Position numbers and translations under genes: made by a program. A model generated the notes under the pieces. It was not told where the DNA came from, did no database searches, and saw only the letters and a list, made by a program, of their open reading frames with translations. Below, piece by piece: positions 1 through 8,815 of a DNA stretch of 32,000 nt. Each line of letters begins with the position of its first letter. Position 1 is the stretch's first letter. Origin of the DNA: Candidatus Saccharimonadota bacterium (GTDB lineage: Archaea; Micrarchaeota; Micrarchaeia; Micrarchaeales; Micrarchaeaceae); NCBI GenBank assembly GCA_021654395.1, contig AP024486.1, positions 330,001 through 362,000 of the forward strand, read 5' to 3'.

Positions 1-309
1 TGTTAAACTCATAGGCTCTGTATACATCCTGAACTCTATTCTCTTTTTCAGCTTTATCAATCTCCTAATTTCCTTCTTGTTACTCTCTAGTTGCTCTGGT
101 GTTATATTCAGCTTTATCAATCTGTCGATAGCTTCTAACTCCTCCTTCTTATACATCTGCTTTCTTCTTAATCCTCTTAGGTCGCCTATAAGCTTATTCA
201 GCTCTGCTTTCTTATTCTTTATCTCTTTTACTATGTTGATAGCCTCCGCATTTCCAGACTTCTCAGCTATCTGGAAGATGCCTTCTGCAGCTTTACTCTC
301 TTGATTCAT
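1..309 (-). CDS. Coiled-coil protein, N-terminal 103 codons (gene continues past the left edge)
   Basis: Absent from the ORF track because no stop lies in the window. The reverse complement of 309..1 reads ATG AAT CAA GAG... = MNQESKAAEGIFQIAEKSGNAEAINIVKEIKNKKAELNKLIGDLRGLRRKQMYKKEELEAIDRLIKLNITPEQLESNKKEIRRLIKLKKRIEFRMYTEPMSLT with no stop. K/E/L-rich heptad-like composition. A TAAGGTA SD-like motif lies a few nt upstream on the minus strand. The 77..304 + ORF is its antisense shadow. Confidence 0.5.
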   Translation of the reverse strand, partial: MNQESKAAEGIFQIAEKSGNAEAINIVKEIKNKKAELNKLIGDLRGLRRKQMYKKEELEAIDRLIKLNITPEQLESNKKEIRRLIKLKKRIEFRMYTEPMSLT

Positions 310-353
310 GGAAATACCTTACTTTACAAATAGAGCATTCTAGATATATATAA

Positions 354-1508
354 TTATTTTAAATAAGCATATAAATTTATTAATCTATCTATTAAAGCCT
401 CTATATCGTACTTATTAGCGGTAGAAAGCATTCCTTTATACGTATCTCTATTCTCTATTACTTTTATTATACTATTAGCGCAGCTTATTGGATCCTTGCT
501 TCTGAATATCTCTCCGTTATAGCCATTCCTTATAATATCTTTTATAGCGTACTTATCTGCACCGACTACTGGCTTATTCATTGCCATTGCTTCTAATACA
601 GTTAATCCCTGTGTCTCGAATGTCGACGGTATACAGTACAGATCTAGTGCAGCATAATACTTTGGCAGAAGCCTATCATCTATAAATCCTGTAAATACTG
701 TTTTGCTCCCTATACCTGCCTTTAAGACTTCTCTTTTATATCTATTCTCTGCTGGGCCAGTACCTCCAATCAACAGCTTTATATTATATCCTTTGTCTAT
801 AAGTATCTTAGCTGCCTTTATAAGCGTTTCAACATGCTTCTCTAAGCTTAATCTTCCTATATAGCCTATAACTATCTCATTATCTCTAGCGATCTGCGCT
901 CTTATACTGTCTGCCTTTATCTTATAGTTAAATCTCTTTAGATCTATCCCATTTGGTATAACCTCAATATTCTCGATCTTATGCTTCTCTAGAAGAGCCT
1001 TTATCGACTCTGAAGGCGCTATAACGCGATCTACCTTATTATAAAAGAACCTCGAGTACTTCCACAGAAATGAAGCCTTACTTAATCCTTTAATCATTCC
1101 ATACTGCTTTAGTACCTCTCTACTCATAAATAATGTATGAAATGTTGCTACAGTGGGTACCTTAATAAGTCTTGCAAGAGTTAAGCCGGAGAAGCCTAAG
1201 ATAAATGGCGTATGTAAATGTATTACAGAGAAGTCATACTTAACGATCTTTGGTATTATATATATGGGAAAGATGCTTATATTGTACTGTGGGTATCTCT
1301 TAAACTTTATTCCAGGTATATATATTACATCCTTCTGCCTTTTATGTTCATTCTTTATAAAATCTTTATAGTGTAATGGTGCAAATATATATACTTTATG
1401 CCCTTTTCTCTCTAGAGCTGCTTTTGTATTTCTTATAGAGGTTACAACACCATCTACTGAAGGCAGATAAGAATCAGTAAAGAAAGCAATTCTTAAAGGT
1501 TCAGACAT
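354..1508 (-). CDS. Glycosyltransferase, family 4 (GT-B fold)
   Basis: 384 aa. The N-terminus RIAFFTDSYLPSVDGVV is typical of the GT4 N-domain. The C-domain has the E-x7-E-like region PSTFETQGLTVLEAMAMNKPVVG. The start lies 3 nt after the rpl15 stop. Confidence 0.8.
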   Translation of the reverse strand: MSEPLRIAFFTDSYLPSVDGVVTSIRNTKAALERKGHKVYIFAPLHYKDFIKNEHKRQKDVIYIPGIKFKRYPQYNISIFPIYIIPKIVKYDFSVIHLHTPFILGFSGLTLARLIKVPTVATFHTLFMSREVLKQYGMIKGLSKASFLWKYSRFFYNKVDRVIAPSESIKALLEKHKIENIEVIPNGIDLKRFNYKIKADSIRAQIARDNEIVIGYIGRLSLEKHVETLIKAAKILIDKGYNIKLLIGGTGPAENRYKREVLKAGIGSKTVFTGFIDDRLLPKYYAALDLYCIPSTFETQGLTVLEAMAMNKPVVGADKYAIKDIIRNGYNGEIFRSKDPISCANSIIKVIENRDTYKGMLSTANKYDIEALIDRLINLYAYLK

Positions 1509-1511
1509 AAA

Positions 1512-1901
1512 TCAGATCTCTACTGCCTTGCCATTAGCTTTCTCTATCTTCTCTATAGCCTTTTTAGAGAAAGCAGATGCTCTTATCTCTGCAGGAAGCT
1601 CTAGCTCACCATTACTTAACACCTTATAGTAAGGAAGCTCTATAATCTTACTATTACTGTCTTTTAATAGCTTGCTTATCTCTCTAAGGTCGATCTCTCT
1701 ATACTTTACTTTTATGCTTGTAAATCCTTTCCTTCTAATAAGCCATGGCGTCTTAGCTGTAACTCTTGTAAACTTATGCTTCTTACCTCCTTTTCCGACA
1801 CCTCCTCTATCTCCAGCCCCTCTACCATTCTTTATATTTCCTCTTCCCCATCTTCTGTTTCCTAGATACTTTCTTGATCTCTTCTTAATTCTTCTTACCA
1901 T
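1512..1901 (-). CDS. rpl15: 50S ribosomal protein uL15
   Basis: 129 aa, basic Gly-rich N-terminus RKYLGNRRWGRGNIKNGRGAGDRGGVGKGGKKHKF characteristic of L15. GTGAT SD 5 nt upstream. Directly downstream of rpl30. Confidence 0.9.
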   Translation of the reverse strand: MVRRIKKRSRKYLGNRRWGRGNIKNGRGAGDRGGVGKGGKKHKFTRVTAKTPWLIRRKGFTSIKVKYREIDLREISKLLKDSNSKIIELPYYKVLSNGELELPAEIRASAFSKKAIEKIEKANGKAVEI

Positions 1902-1910
1902 ATATAATCA

Positions 1911-2306
1911 CTATAGCATCCTTGAGAGTAGCTCGTTTACCTTTTCATCAGAGTAGCCAAGTATGCTGTCTGCCCTGCCTGGTCTCTTTGAGCCAGGAAG
2001 ACCCTTGCTAGGTGGTCTACATCTAAATGTCACTTTAGCTCTATCAGATAAGAGCTTATCTATATCTTCTTTGTCAGAGATCTCAAACTTCTTAAGAAGC
2101 TTCTTTAGCAGTCTTTCATCTATTCTCCCATATACAATATAGTCTTTACATTTCTTTAACATGCCTTCATAAGACTTATCTGGCTTAATAAGAGTAACTG
2201 TATATAAGCGCTTAAGTCTCAACCTATTAAGAGTCTCTTTTACATCACTTCTAACTCCTACTCTGCCTCTTATTCTTATAGCTACTATTATCTCATTATT
2301 ACTCAT
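1911..2306 (-). CDS. rpl30: 50S ribosomal protein uL30
   Basis: 131 aa. VAIRIRGRVGVRSDVKETLNRLRLKRLYTVTLI is the classic L30/L7e core. Canonical L30-L15 order. Confidence 0.9.
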   Translation of the reverse strand: MSNNEIIVAIRIRGRVGVRSDVKETLNRLRLKRLYTVTLIKPDKSYEGMLKKCKDYIVYGRIDERLLKKLLKKFEISDKEDIDKLLSDRAKVTFRCRPPSKGLPGSKRPGRADSILGYSDEKVNELLSRML

Positions 2307-2375
2307 TACTGCTCACTTATATAATTCCTACTTTTAAAATAAAAAGAATTTAAAAAGGTTATATGCTTGTTAATA

Positions 2376-2963
2376 TTATAGCTTTCCTATATCCTTAACT
2401 GTATCTATCTTTAATACCTCTTTTCCTGGTCTCCAGTTTGCAGGTATTACGCATACATGCCCCTGCTCATCTGTTGGATGCTCATGTATATACTTTAATG
2501 CCTTGAAAGCTACGTATATATGTTCAACATCCTTTCCTAAGCTATCATTAAAGATCGATATATACTGCAATCTGCCCTCTGGATCGACTATAGCCACAGA
2601 TCTTCTTGCTGCTCCTGTCTTTCTATTTAATACTCCTAATGCCTCACTTATCTCCTTCTTAAAGTCCTCTACCAATGGAATTGTTGATTTACTTACTCTT
2701 GGTGATGAATTTGCCCATGCTTTGTGCGAGTATATGCTATCTGTGCTTATAGCGAATATCTCTGCACCTTCCTTCTTGAACTCCTCATACTTCTTCTGCA
2801 GCTCTTCTATATCTGTAGCGCATACAAAGGTAAAGTCTCCTGGATAGAATGTTAATATATTCCAAACTCCTCTCTGCGGTATCTCTATCTCTTCTATCTT
2901 ATCTTGCTTTGGATAGTAAACCTTTGCTTTAAATCTAGGAGATAGCTCCTCAATCTCTATCAT
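2376..2963 (-). CDS. Peroxiredoxin (typical 2-Cys AhpC/Prx1-like)
   Basis: YPGDFTFVCATD carries the peroxidatic Cys motif (canonical FTFVCPTE). RRSVAIVDPEG carries the conserved Arg. The C-terminal GHVCVIPANWRPG resembles the resolving-Cys GEVCPANWxPG motif. The track starts at GTG 2972; ATG 2963, preceded by a GTGAT SD-like motif, is the more likely start. Confidence 0.85.
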   Translation of the reverse strand: MIEIEELSPRFKAKVYYPKQDKIEEIEIPQRGVWNILTFYPGDFTFVCATDIEELQKKYEEFKKEGAEIFAISTDSIYSHKAWANSSPRVSKSTIPLVEDFKKEISEALGVLNRKTGAARRSVAIVDPEGRLQYISIFNDSLGKDVEHIYVAFKALKYIHEHPTDEQGHVCVIPANWRPGKEVLKIDTVKDIGKL

Positions 2964-3095
2964 TAAGATCACACTATTTTAAGATTAAGTAGCATCTTAT
3001 TATAAAACTTTCTTTAATAAATTTTTATTAGATATCAAATATACAGAAGTTATAAGCTCAGATTATTAATGTATAAAAAGAACTGAGTGATCTAT

Positions 3096-3623
3096 ATGCT
3101 ACTAACAGACTACGATATAGAGAATCTAATAAAGAATGGAAGACTTAAGATAGAGCCGTTCGATATAGAGATAGTAAGAGAGAATGGAATAGATGCTAGA
3201 CTAGCAGATGAGGTAGCTAGACATAAAGAGGATAAGGATCTTATCTTTGATCCTTATAATGATGATATAAGTAAGGTATTTATTATAGAGAAAGGTCTAA
3301 AGGAGATAATACTGAAGCCAAAAGAGCAGGTGCTCCTTTCTACTATAGAGAGAATAGAGATGCCAGACGATGTTGCAGCTCTAGTAGAGCTAAGAAGCAC
3401 TTGGGCTAGACATGGCCTATCAATGCCACCTACAGTTATAGACGCAGGCTTTAAAGGGACAGTAACTTTAGAGGTTGTAAATAATGCACCTTATGCAATA
3501 AAGCTACTCCCAGGAAGTAGATTCGCTCATATAATATTCATAAAGGCAAGCAATAGAGTTATTAAGACATATAATGGAAGATATCAGGATCAGAAAGGAG
3601 TGCAGCTTCCAAAGAAGCCATAG
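3096..3623 (+). CDS. dcd: dCTP deaminase / dUTPase-family protein
   Basis: MLLTDYDIENLIKNGRLKIEPF... is a typical dCTP deaminase N-terminus. The beta-rich core (GIDARLADE, RSTWARHGL, IDAGFKGTVTLEVVN) matches the dUTPase fold. Track start is GTG 3087; ATG 3096 is preferred. Confidence 0.8.
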   Translation: MLLTDYDIENLIKNGRLKIEPFDIEIVRENGIDARLADEVARHKEDKDLIFDPYNDDISKVFIIEKGLKEIILKPKEQVLLSTIERIEMPDDVAALVELRSTWARHGLSMPPTVIDAGFKGTVTLEVVNNAPYAIKLLPGSRFAHIIFIKASNRVIKTYNGRYQDQKGVQLPKKP

Positions 3624-3669
3624 GCATTTTAAAAGTATCTACTATTAACTTATTTTACTGATTTGTTTA

Positions 3670-3701
3670 TCAAATATTGTAATACTCAAATATTGTAATA
3701 C
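3670..3701. repeat. Perfect tandem duplication of a 16-nt unit (tcaaatattgtaatac x2, then partial tcatatac) upstream of dnaG
   Basis: Read directly: 3670-3685 and 3686-3701 are identical. It lies in the 96-nt gap between dcd and dnaG, about 28 nt before the dnaG ATG. Confidence 0.85.
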
Positions 3702-3728
3702 TCATATACTAAAGTTAAGGTGTTTGGT

Positions 3729-4982
3729 ATGGCAAAGACATATATTGATATAGTAAAATACTTAGTTACTGCTAAGTTTGAGGTTAAGGGATTAGTAGAG
3801 AAGCCAGACATAATAGGAGCCATATTTGGTCAGACAGAAGGCCTATTAGGTAATGATCTAGATCTAAAAGAGCTACAGAAGAATGGTAAGATAGGTAGAA
3901 TAGAGGTAGAGATGCAGACCTCTAATAATAAGACATATGGAAGACTGCTACTACCATCATCTTTAAGTCTTGTAGAGACTGCTATATTAGCAGCAGCAAT
4001 AGAGACTGTTGATAGAGTTGGCCCATTCGAGACAACATTTACTATAGAATCTATACAAGATATAAGAAATGAGAAGAGAAAGAGAGTAGTAGAGAGAGCA
4101 AAAGAGCTATTAAAGGAGATAATAAATAATCAGCTACCTAACAGCAAGGAGCTAAGTGAGCTTGTAGAGAACGAAGTTAAGTCTGAAGGCATAATATATT
4201 ATGGAGAGGAGAAGCTACCTGCTGGATTTAATGTTGACAATTCAGATGAGCTTATAATAGTAGAGGGTAGAGCAGATATAATAAATCTATTAAAGGCAGA
4301 TGTAGGAAACTGTATATCTATAGGTGGAGCTTCTAGTAACATACCAAAGTCCATAATAGAGCTATCTAAAAAGAAGGATACTACACTATTTATAGATGGA
4401 GATAGAGGTGGAGATATAATACTAAAGAGTTTACTTAATAATGGAGTAGATATAGACTATGTCGCAAGAGCACCGGATGGAAAGGAGGTAGAAGAGCTAA
4501 CAAGAAAGGAGATAATTAAGGCCTTAAGGTCAAAAGTTCCTATAGATACATATCTAAGCCAGAGGGGAGAGCTTAATAATACGAGAAAGGAGCAGAAGCA
4601 AGAAGAGAAGCAAGAGCATAAAGAGGCAAATGAGCGTAAGGCAGATACTGAACATCACGAGCAGAGCAGCAGTGAAAAGCCAGACAGTATGGATGTGGAG
4701 AAGCTAAAGGAGATACTAAATACATCACTAAAGAATACATTAAGAGCGCAGCTTATAGATCCTAAAGGTAATGTTATAGAAGAGGTTCCAATAAGAGATC
4801 TTATTCAGAGAATACAGAGCAAACCTGATAAGAACGAGATTGCAGCTATAGTTATGGATGGTGTGATAACACAAAGAGTTGTAGATATAGCGGCAAGTAA
4901 GGGAATAAGATATATAGTAGGAATAAAGAGAAGTCAGATAAATAGAGTACCAAATACTCTCAATATAGTTTCAATAGAGTAA
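3729..4982 (+). CDS. dnaG: Archaeal DnaG primase-like protein (Toprim domain)
   Basis: The N-terminus AKTYIDIVKYLVTAKFEVKGLVEKPDIIGAIFGQTEGLLG is the conserved archaeal DnaG N-domain. Toprim motifs are LIIVEGRADIINL and LFIDGDRGGD. An AAGGTG SD lies 7 nt before ATG 3729 (track start GTG 3720). A K/E/Q-rich low-complexity insert spans about 4566-4694. Confidence 0.85.
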   Translation: MAKTYIDIVKYLVTAKFEVKGLVEKPDIIGAIFGQTEGLLGNDLDLKELQKNGKIGRIEVEMQTSNNKTYGRLLLPSSLSLVETAILAAAIETVDRVGPFETTFTIESIQDIRNEKRKRVVERAKELLKEIINNQLPNSKELSELVENEVKSEGIIYYGEEKLPAGFNVDNSDELIIVEGRADIINLLKADVGNCISIGGASSNIPKSIIELSKKKDTTLFIDGDRGGDIILKSLLNNGVDIDYVARAPDGKEVEELTRKEIIKALRSKVPIDTYLSQRGELNNTRKEQKQEEKQEHKEANERKADTEHHEQSSSEKPDSMDVEKLKEILNTSLKNTLRAQLIDPKGNVIEEVPIRDLIQRIQSKPDKNEIAAIVMDGVITQRVVDIAASKGIRYIVGIKRSQINRVPNTLNIVSIE

Positions 4983-5036
4983 TAAGTTTATTTATTATAT
5001 TAGCTTTTATAGCTAAACCTTAGAGAAGGTGATTAT

Positions 5037-5930
5037 CTGAGTTTTAAAAAGACATTCGCAGTATATCTGTTAATAGGTGTACTTATAGCAATTGGTTTAA
5101 ATCTTATAGATAAGCTCTTAGCTAGCTACCCTAGCTACTATAACCTTAATAAGTTAATTAATATAGCAATAACTGCCATAGTATGGCTATACTTTACATT
5201 TGCAATATACAAAGCATTAATAAACGCATATAAAGGAGTAGATATAGATATAAAGAGTATAGCTGAGCTTATAGTGGCTATCTCAATTATAGCGCTGATG
5301 CTAGATATAGCATCATATCTTGGTATAAATATAGATGGAATAATTGTAAGTGCAGGATTTGCTGGTATAGTATTAGGTTTGGCCGCACAAACGGTTCTAG
5401 GTAATGTATTTGCTGGTATACTGATAAATGTACTAAGACCATTTAGAATAGGCGACGAAGTAACGTTCTTAACATGGCAGTACGGATTAATAGCACCTTC
5501 TTACTATCATGGTCCAATGGTTCCTGGTTATAGGGGTAAGATAGTAAGGATGGGCTTAAACTATTCAGAGATAAGATTAGATAACGGAGATAATATACTT
5601 GTGCCTAATGGCGTATTGATTCAGGCAGGAATAATAGAGCACAATAGAGATAGAGTTAAGAGCACTATTAGAGTAGAAGTAGATAAAAGGATAAGCTTTA
5701 AGAAGCTCTCAGAGCTTGTAAACTCGAAGATAGCAAAGAATACATCTATAATGATAGATATAAAGAAGGGCTTGATCTCTATAGGTATGAGCATAACAGA
5801 TATTCAAGCTAATATCTATGGTGTAGAGCTATCAATAGTTGCTGATAGGAAGCATATATCTCAGATGAAGAACGAGATCTCTGATATTATTAGAGAAGCT
5901 ATAGTAGAGTTATCTAAATCTAGCTCTTGA
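5037..5930 (+). CDS. Small-conductance mechanosensitive channel (MscS family); start codon uncertain
   Basis: GIIVSAGFAGIVLGLAAQTVLGNVFAGILINVLRPFRIGDEV is the MscS pore helix TM3 plus the beta-domain entry. The track ORF (GTG 5274) would lack TM1 and TM2. The frame is open from 5013 and encodes two further hydrophobic helices (FAVYLLIGVLIAIGLNLI, INIAITAIVWLYFTFAIY). An AAGGTGAT SD at 5026-5033 is followed by in-frame CTG 5037, and there is no in-frame ATG/GTG/TTG before 5274. Confidence 0.7.
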   Translation: MSFKKTFAVYLLIGVLIAIGLNLIDKLLASYPSYYNLNKLINIAITAIVWLYFTFAIYKALINAYKGVDIDIKSIAELIVAISIIALMLDIASYLGINIDGIIVSAGFAGIVLGLAAQTVLGNVFAGILINVLRPFRIGDEVTFLTWQYGLIAPSYYHGPMVPGYRGKIVRMGLNYSEIRLDNGDNILVPNGVLIQAGIIEHNRDRVKSTIRVEVDKRISFKKLSELVNSKIAKNTSIMIDIKKGLISIGMSITDIQANIYGVELSIVADRKHISQMKNEISDIIREAIVELSKSSS

Positions 5931-6905
5931 TCTAGCTGATTTTCTTACAAGATATGTAAGTAGTATTAATCCAAGTACTACACCAAACCATAATGAGGCT
6001 ATTCTGGATATTATAGTAGCTGCAGCGGCTGTATTATATGATAGACTAAGCAGAGACTGACTCAACTTTACTAGAGATATGTCTGTAAATCCAAGGTTTC
6101 CGGGAACTCCAGTAACCATTCCTATAAGCTGTGCAAATGTAAATACAAATGATGACTTAAATATGCTGCTATTAATACCTAATGCTCTAAATGCAAAATA
6201 TAAGCTAAAGCTATTAAGTAGATATGCTGGCACCGTGAATATTATTGAAGTTATATAGGTATCTATAGTATTAAGCTTCTCTTGATGTATTATATATCTT
6301 ATTATAATGCTTCTAAAACGCTTTACATAGCGTATCCTTCCTATATACTTCCTTATCTTTGAGAATGTATAGTTATTTATTAATATAAAGTAAGGGCTAA
6401 TCAGAGCTATATCTATTAAAGCAACTGTTATTATATAATAGTAACCTGGAGCTAAGACAATAGCTAGTACTATACCAAGCACTGCAGCCCCCATAAAGTC
6501 TGTGTATATATCCATTATTATAGCACTTGCTGCTTCTGTAGATGAAGCATTAGATAATCTTTTAACAATAAATGCGTTAAGTAATCTGCCCAACTTTCCT
6601 GGCGTTAGATTCATTGCATATAGCGAGAGATATGTAGCCAGATTATCTAGCAGCTTAATCTTAATATTAAGCTTTCTTAGATAGTAGCTCCATTTGAAGA
6701 ATCTTAAGATATATCCAAAGAATACGGATAGTATAGCTAAAAGTATAAAGAAAAGATTTGCACTCCTTATATAGCCAATAATCTTAGAGTAGTTGCCAAG
6801 TAGCGCAATTAAGACAAATATTGCTAAGCTAACTATTAGAAGTATAACAACAAGATTTACTGCCTTCTCAAGCTTATGATCTTCATTACCAATATTATAA
6901 TGCAT
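5910..6905 (-). CDS. Flippase-like / lysylphosphatidylglycerol-synthase TM-region family membrane protein (UPF0104)
   Basis: 331 aa, polytopic. The early pattern ...FFGYILRFFKWSYYLRKLNIKI...SLYAMNLTPGKLGRLLNAFIVKR resembles the conserved R-W and PGxxGE/R region of the UPF0104 family. The 3' end overlaps the MscS 3' end by 21 nt (convergent). Confidence 0.6.
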   Translation of the reverse strand: MHYNIGNEDHKLEKAVNLVVILLIVSLAIFVLIALLGNYSKIIGYIRSANLFFILLAILSVFFGYILRFFKWSYYLRKLNIKIKLLDNLATYLSLYAMNLTPGKLGRLLNAFIVKRLSNASSTEAASAIIMDIYTDFMGAAVLGIVLAIVLAPGYYYIITVALIDIALISPYFILINNYTFSKIRKYIGRIRYVKRFRSIIIRYIIHQEKLNTIDTYITSIIFTVPAYLLNSFSLYFAFRALGINSSIFKSSFVFTFAQLIGMVTGVPGNLGFTDISLVKLSQSLLSLSYNTAAAATIISRIASLWFGVVLGLILLTYLVRKSARSRARFR

Positions 6906-6990
6906 ATAGCTGCACTATCTTATATTAATATAGATTCTTAGCTTAGCTTTATATAGATATCATTATAATATTATTCTTAAGGCGACCTTC

Positions 6991-7920
6991 TTGACAAGGA
7001 GCTTGATCTCTATAGACGGAAGTACAGACATATACAGCATCATGTTTGTATCTCATGCTCATGCAGATCACATACGCTATATAGAATCAAGAGCTAAGAT
7101 TATAAGCAGTGAGAGGACATATGATCTAGCTTCTGCAAGAAGAAGGCTAAAAGCAGAGAGATTTATACCAAGAAACATAGAGCTTTTGCCAGCAGGCCAT
7201 ATACTGGGATCTACTCAGCTTCTCTTACATAACTATGCAATGGGCTTGGATATAATCTACTCAGGAGACTTTAATCTTGCTAGTAATCCTGTAGCGGAGA
7301 AGATTATTATAAAGGAAGCAGATGTTTTAATAATAGACTCTACATACTATGATCCATCTATAAGATTTGAAGATAGAGAAGATGTCTATGAAAGAATAAT
7401 AGAGTTTGTAGAGAGCAAGAGAGACTCCTTTATAGTATTTAGATCATACTCTTTGGGAAAGGCGCAAGAGCTCATATATATAATGAATAAGGCAGGTATA
7501 GTACCTTACGTAGATAGCAACATAGCTAAGATAAACGAGGTATATAATAAAAATGGCTTCTGTCTTAGATATCAGCATATTGATCTTAAAGATCTAGAGC
7601 CAAATGTTATAATATACAGTAAGCTTAATGTAGACATACTAAAAAGCTATATAAAGATAAGATACAATAAGGATGTTTATACAGCAGTAGCAACTGGTAT
7701 GATATATAGATATGGATTAATGAGAAATGACTATGGGTTTGGTCTAAGTGATCATGCAGATTTCTATCAAGCTATAGATTATATAAACTCAGTTAATCCA
7801 AGGCTAATACTTACATATGGAAATGATAAAGTAAAGTTTGCAAGATATCTTAAAGCATATGGTTATAACGCGATACCTTTTAGCGAGATATATTATAGCT
7901 ATCTAGTTGCAGATGATTAA
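6991..7920 (+). CDS. Metallo-beta-lactamase-fold nuclease (beta-CASP / ligase-associated exonuclease-like)
   Basis: HxHxDH motif in FVSHAHADHIRYI. Asp motif in IIYSGDFN. The C-terminal GLSDHADFYQAIDYINSVNPRLILTYGN resembles beta-CASP motif C and the final His region. TTG start. The region before the HxHxDH motif is unusually short (about 20 aa). Confidence 0.6.
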   Translation: MTRSLISIDGSTDIYSIMFVSHAHADHIRYIESRAKIISSERTYDLASARRRLKAERFIPRNIELLPAGHILGSTQLLLHNYAMGLDIIYSGDFNLASNPVAEKIIIKEADVLIIDSTYYDPSIRFEDREDVYERIIEFVESKRDSFIVFRSYSLGKAQELIYIMNKAGIVPYVDSNIAKINEVYNKNGFCLRYQHIDLKDLEPNVIIYSKLNVDILKSYIKIRYNKDVYTAVATGMIYRYGLMRNDYGFGLSDHADFYQAIDYINSVNPRLILTYGNDKVKFARYLKAYGYNAIPFSEIYYSYLVADD

Positions 7921-8815
7921 TTTGAGTATTGTTGATATAAAAGAGCTGACTAAGATAATTAACAATAAGATAATACTTGAAGATATAACGCTGCGCATAG
8001 ATGGCAATACCGTAATACTTGGAAGAAATGGCGCAGGCAAATCAACTCTACTTAAATGTATAGCAGGCATATATAAAGCAGAAAGTGGATCAGTAAGAGT
8101 CTTTGATAAGGATCCATATACAAGCAAAGAGGTTAGAGAGCATATAGGATACATGCCAGATTACTACTCATTATACGATGATCTAAGTGTTACCGATAAT
8201 CTTAACTTCTTTAGATCTTTATATAAAGAGAGCTTGGAAGATAAGCAGATCAGATCGATAATAGAGAAGCTAGAGCTTAATAAGTATCTTAATCTTAAGG
8301 TAGGTCAGCTAAGTAGAGGTACTAAGCAGAAAGCCTCTTTTATAAGGGCTATACAGATTAAGCCAAAGCTTATGCTCTTAGATGAGCCGACAGCCTTCCT
8401 AGATCCTATATCTGCAAATACTCTTAGAGATATAATAGATAGCTACTGCAGAGCAAATAGATCTACTTACATATATGTTACGCAGAGAGTAGAAGAGGTA
8501 TCTCTAATGGATGCAGATATTGTGGTTATAGAGAATGGAAGAGTAAAAAGAAGAGTTAAAAGAGAAGATCTATCAAGGAGCTTAGAGGACTCATTCGATA
8601 TACGCCTAGCTAAGCCAATAAGCGATAATTTAATAGTTACTCTTAAAAAAGCTGACTATATAGAGCATATAAAGAAGATATCCGATAGAGTAATAAGAGT
8701 AAAGCTAAGCAGCTATAAGAGTATCAAAAGGCTAATTGGATTAATAGTGGATAATAACTATGTAATAAGCAGTATATCTAGCATATACGATCTATTAGAT
8801 GATAGCGATGAATAG
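7913..8815 (+). CDS. ABC transporter ATP-binding protein
   Basis: Walker A GRNGAGKST, signature LSRGTKQKA, Walker B LMLLDEPTAFLD. ATG 7913 overlaps the upstream stop (ATGATTAA). Track start is TTG 7907. Confidence 0.85.
   Translation: MINLSIVDIKELTKIINNKIILEDITLRIDGNTVILGRNGAGKSTLLKCIAGIYKAESGSVRVFDKDPYTSKEVREHIGYMPDYYSLYDDLSVTDNLNFFRSLYKESLEDKQIRSIIEKLELNKYLNLKVGQLSRGTKQKASFIRAIQIKPKLMLLDEPTAFLDPISANTLRDIIDSYCRANRSTYIYVTQRVEEVSLMDADIVVIENGRVKRRVKREDLSRSLEDSFDIRLAKPISDNLIVTLKKADYIEHIKKISDRVIRVKLSSYKSIKRLIGLIVDNNYVISSISSIYDLLDDSDE

Noticed and set aside
47-123. 17-nt perfect direct repeat ttcagctttatcaatct at 47-63 and 107-123
   Set aside because: Both copies lie in frame inside the coiled-coil gene and encode the same RLIKL(K/N) peptide 20 codons apart. 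This is an internal protein repeat, not a regulatory or mobile-element feature.
77-304. 75-aa + strand ORF from the track
   Set aside because: It is the antisense shadow of a better minus-strand coiled-coil gene (1-309) with an ATG and an SD-like motif. The + strand product is low-complexity Ser/Phe/Leu typical of antisense frames in AT-rich DNA.
3017-3031. Shared word taaatttttattag in two divergent intergenic regions (about 3017-3031 and 30978-30990), as a possible conserved promoter motif
   Set aside because: A 14-nt all-A/T-plus-one-G word in about 25% GC spacers could recur by chance, and I cannot compute its genome-wide frequency. It is noted only as TATA-like sequence.
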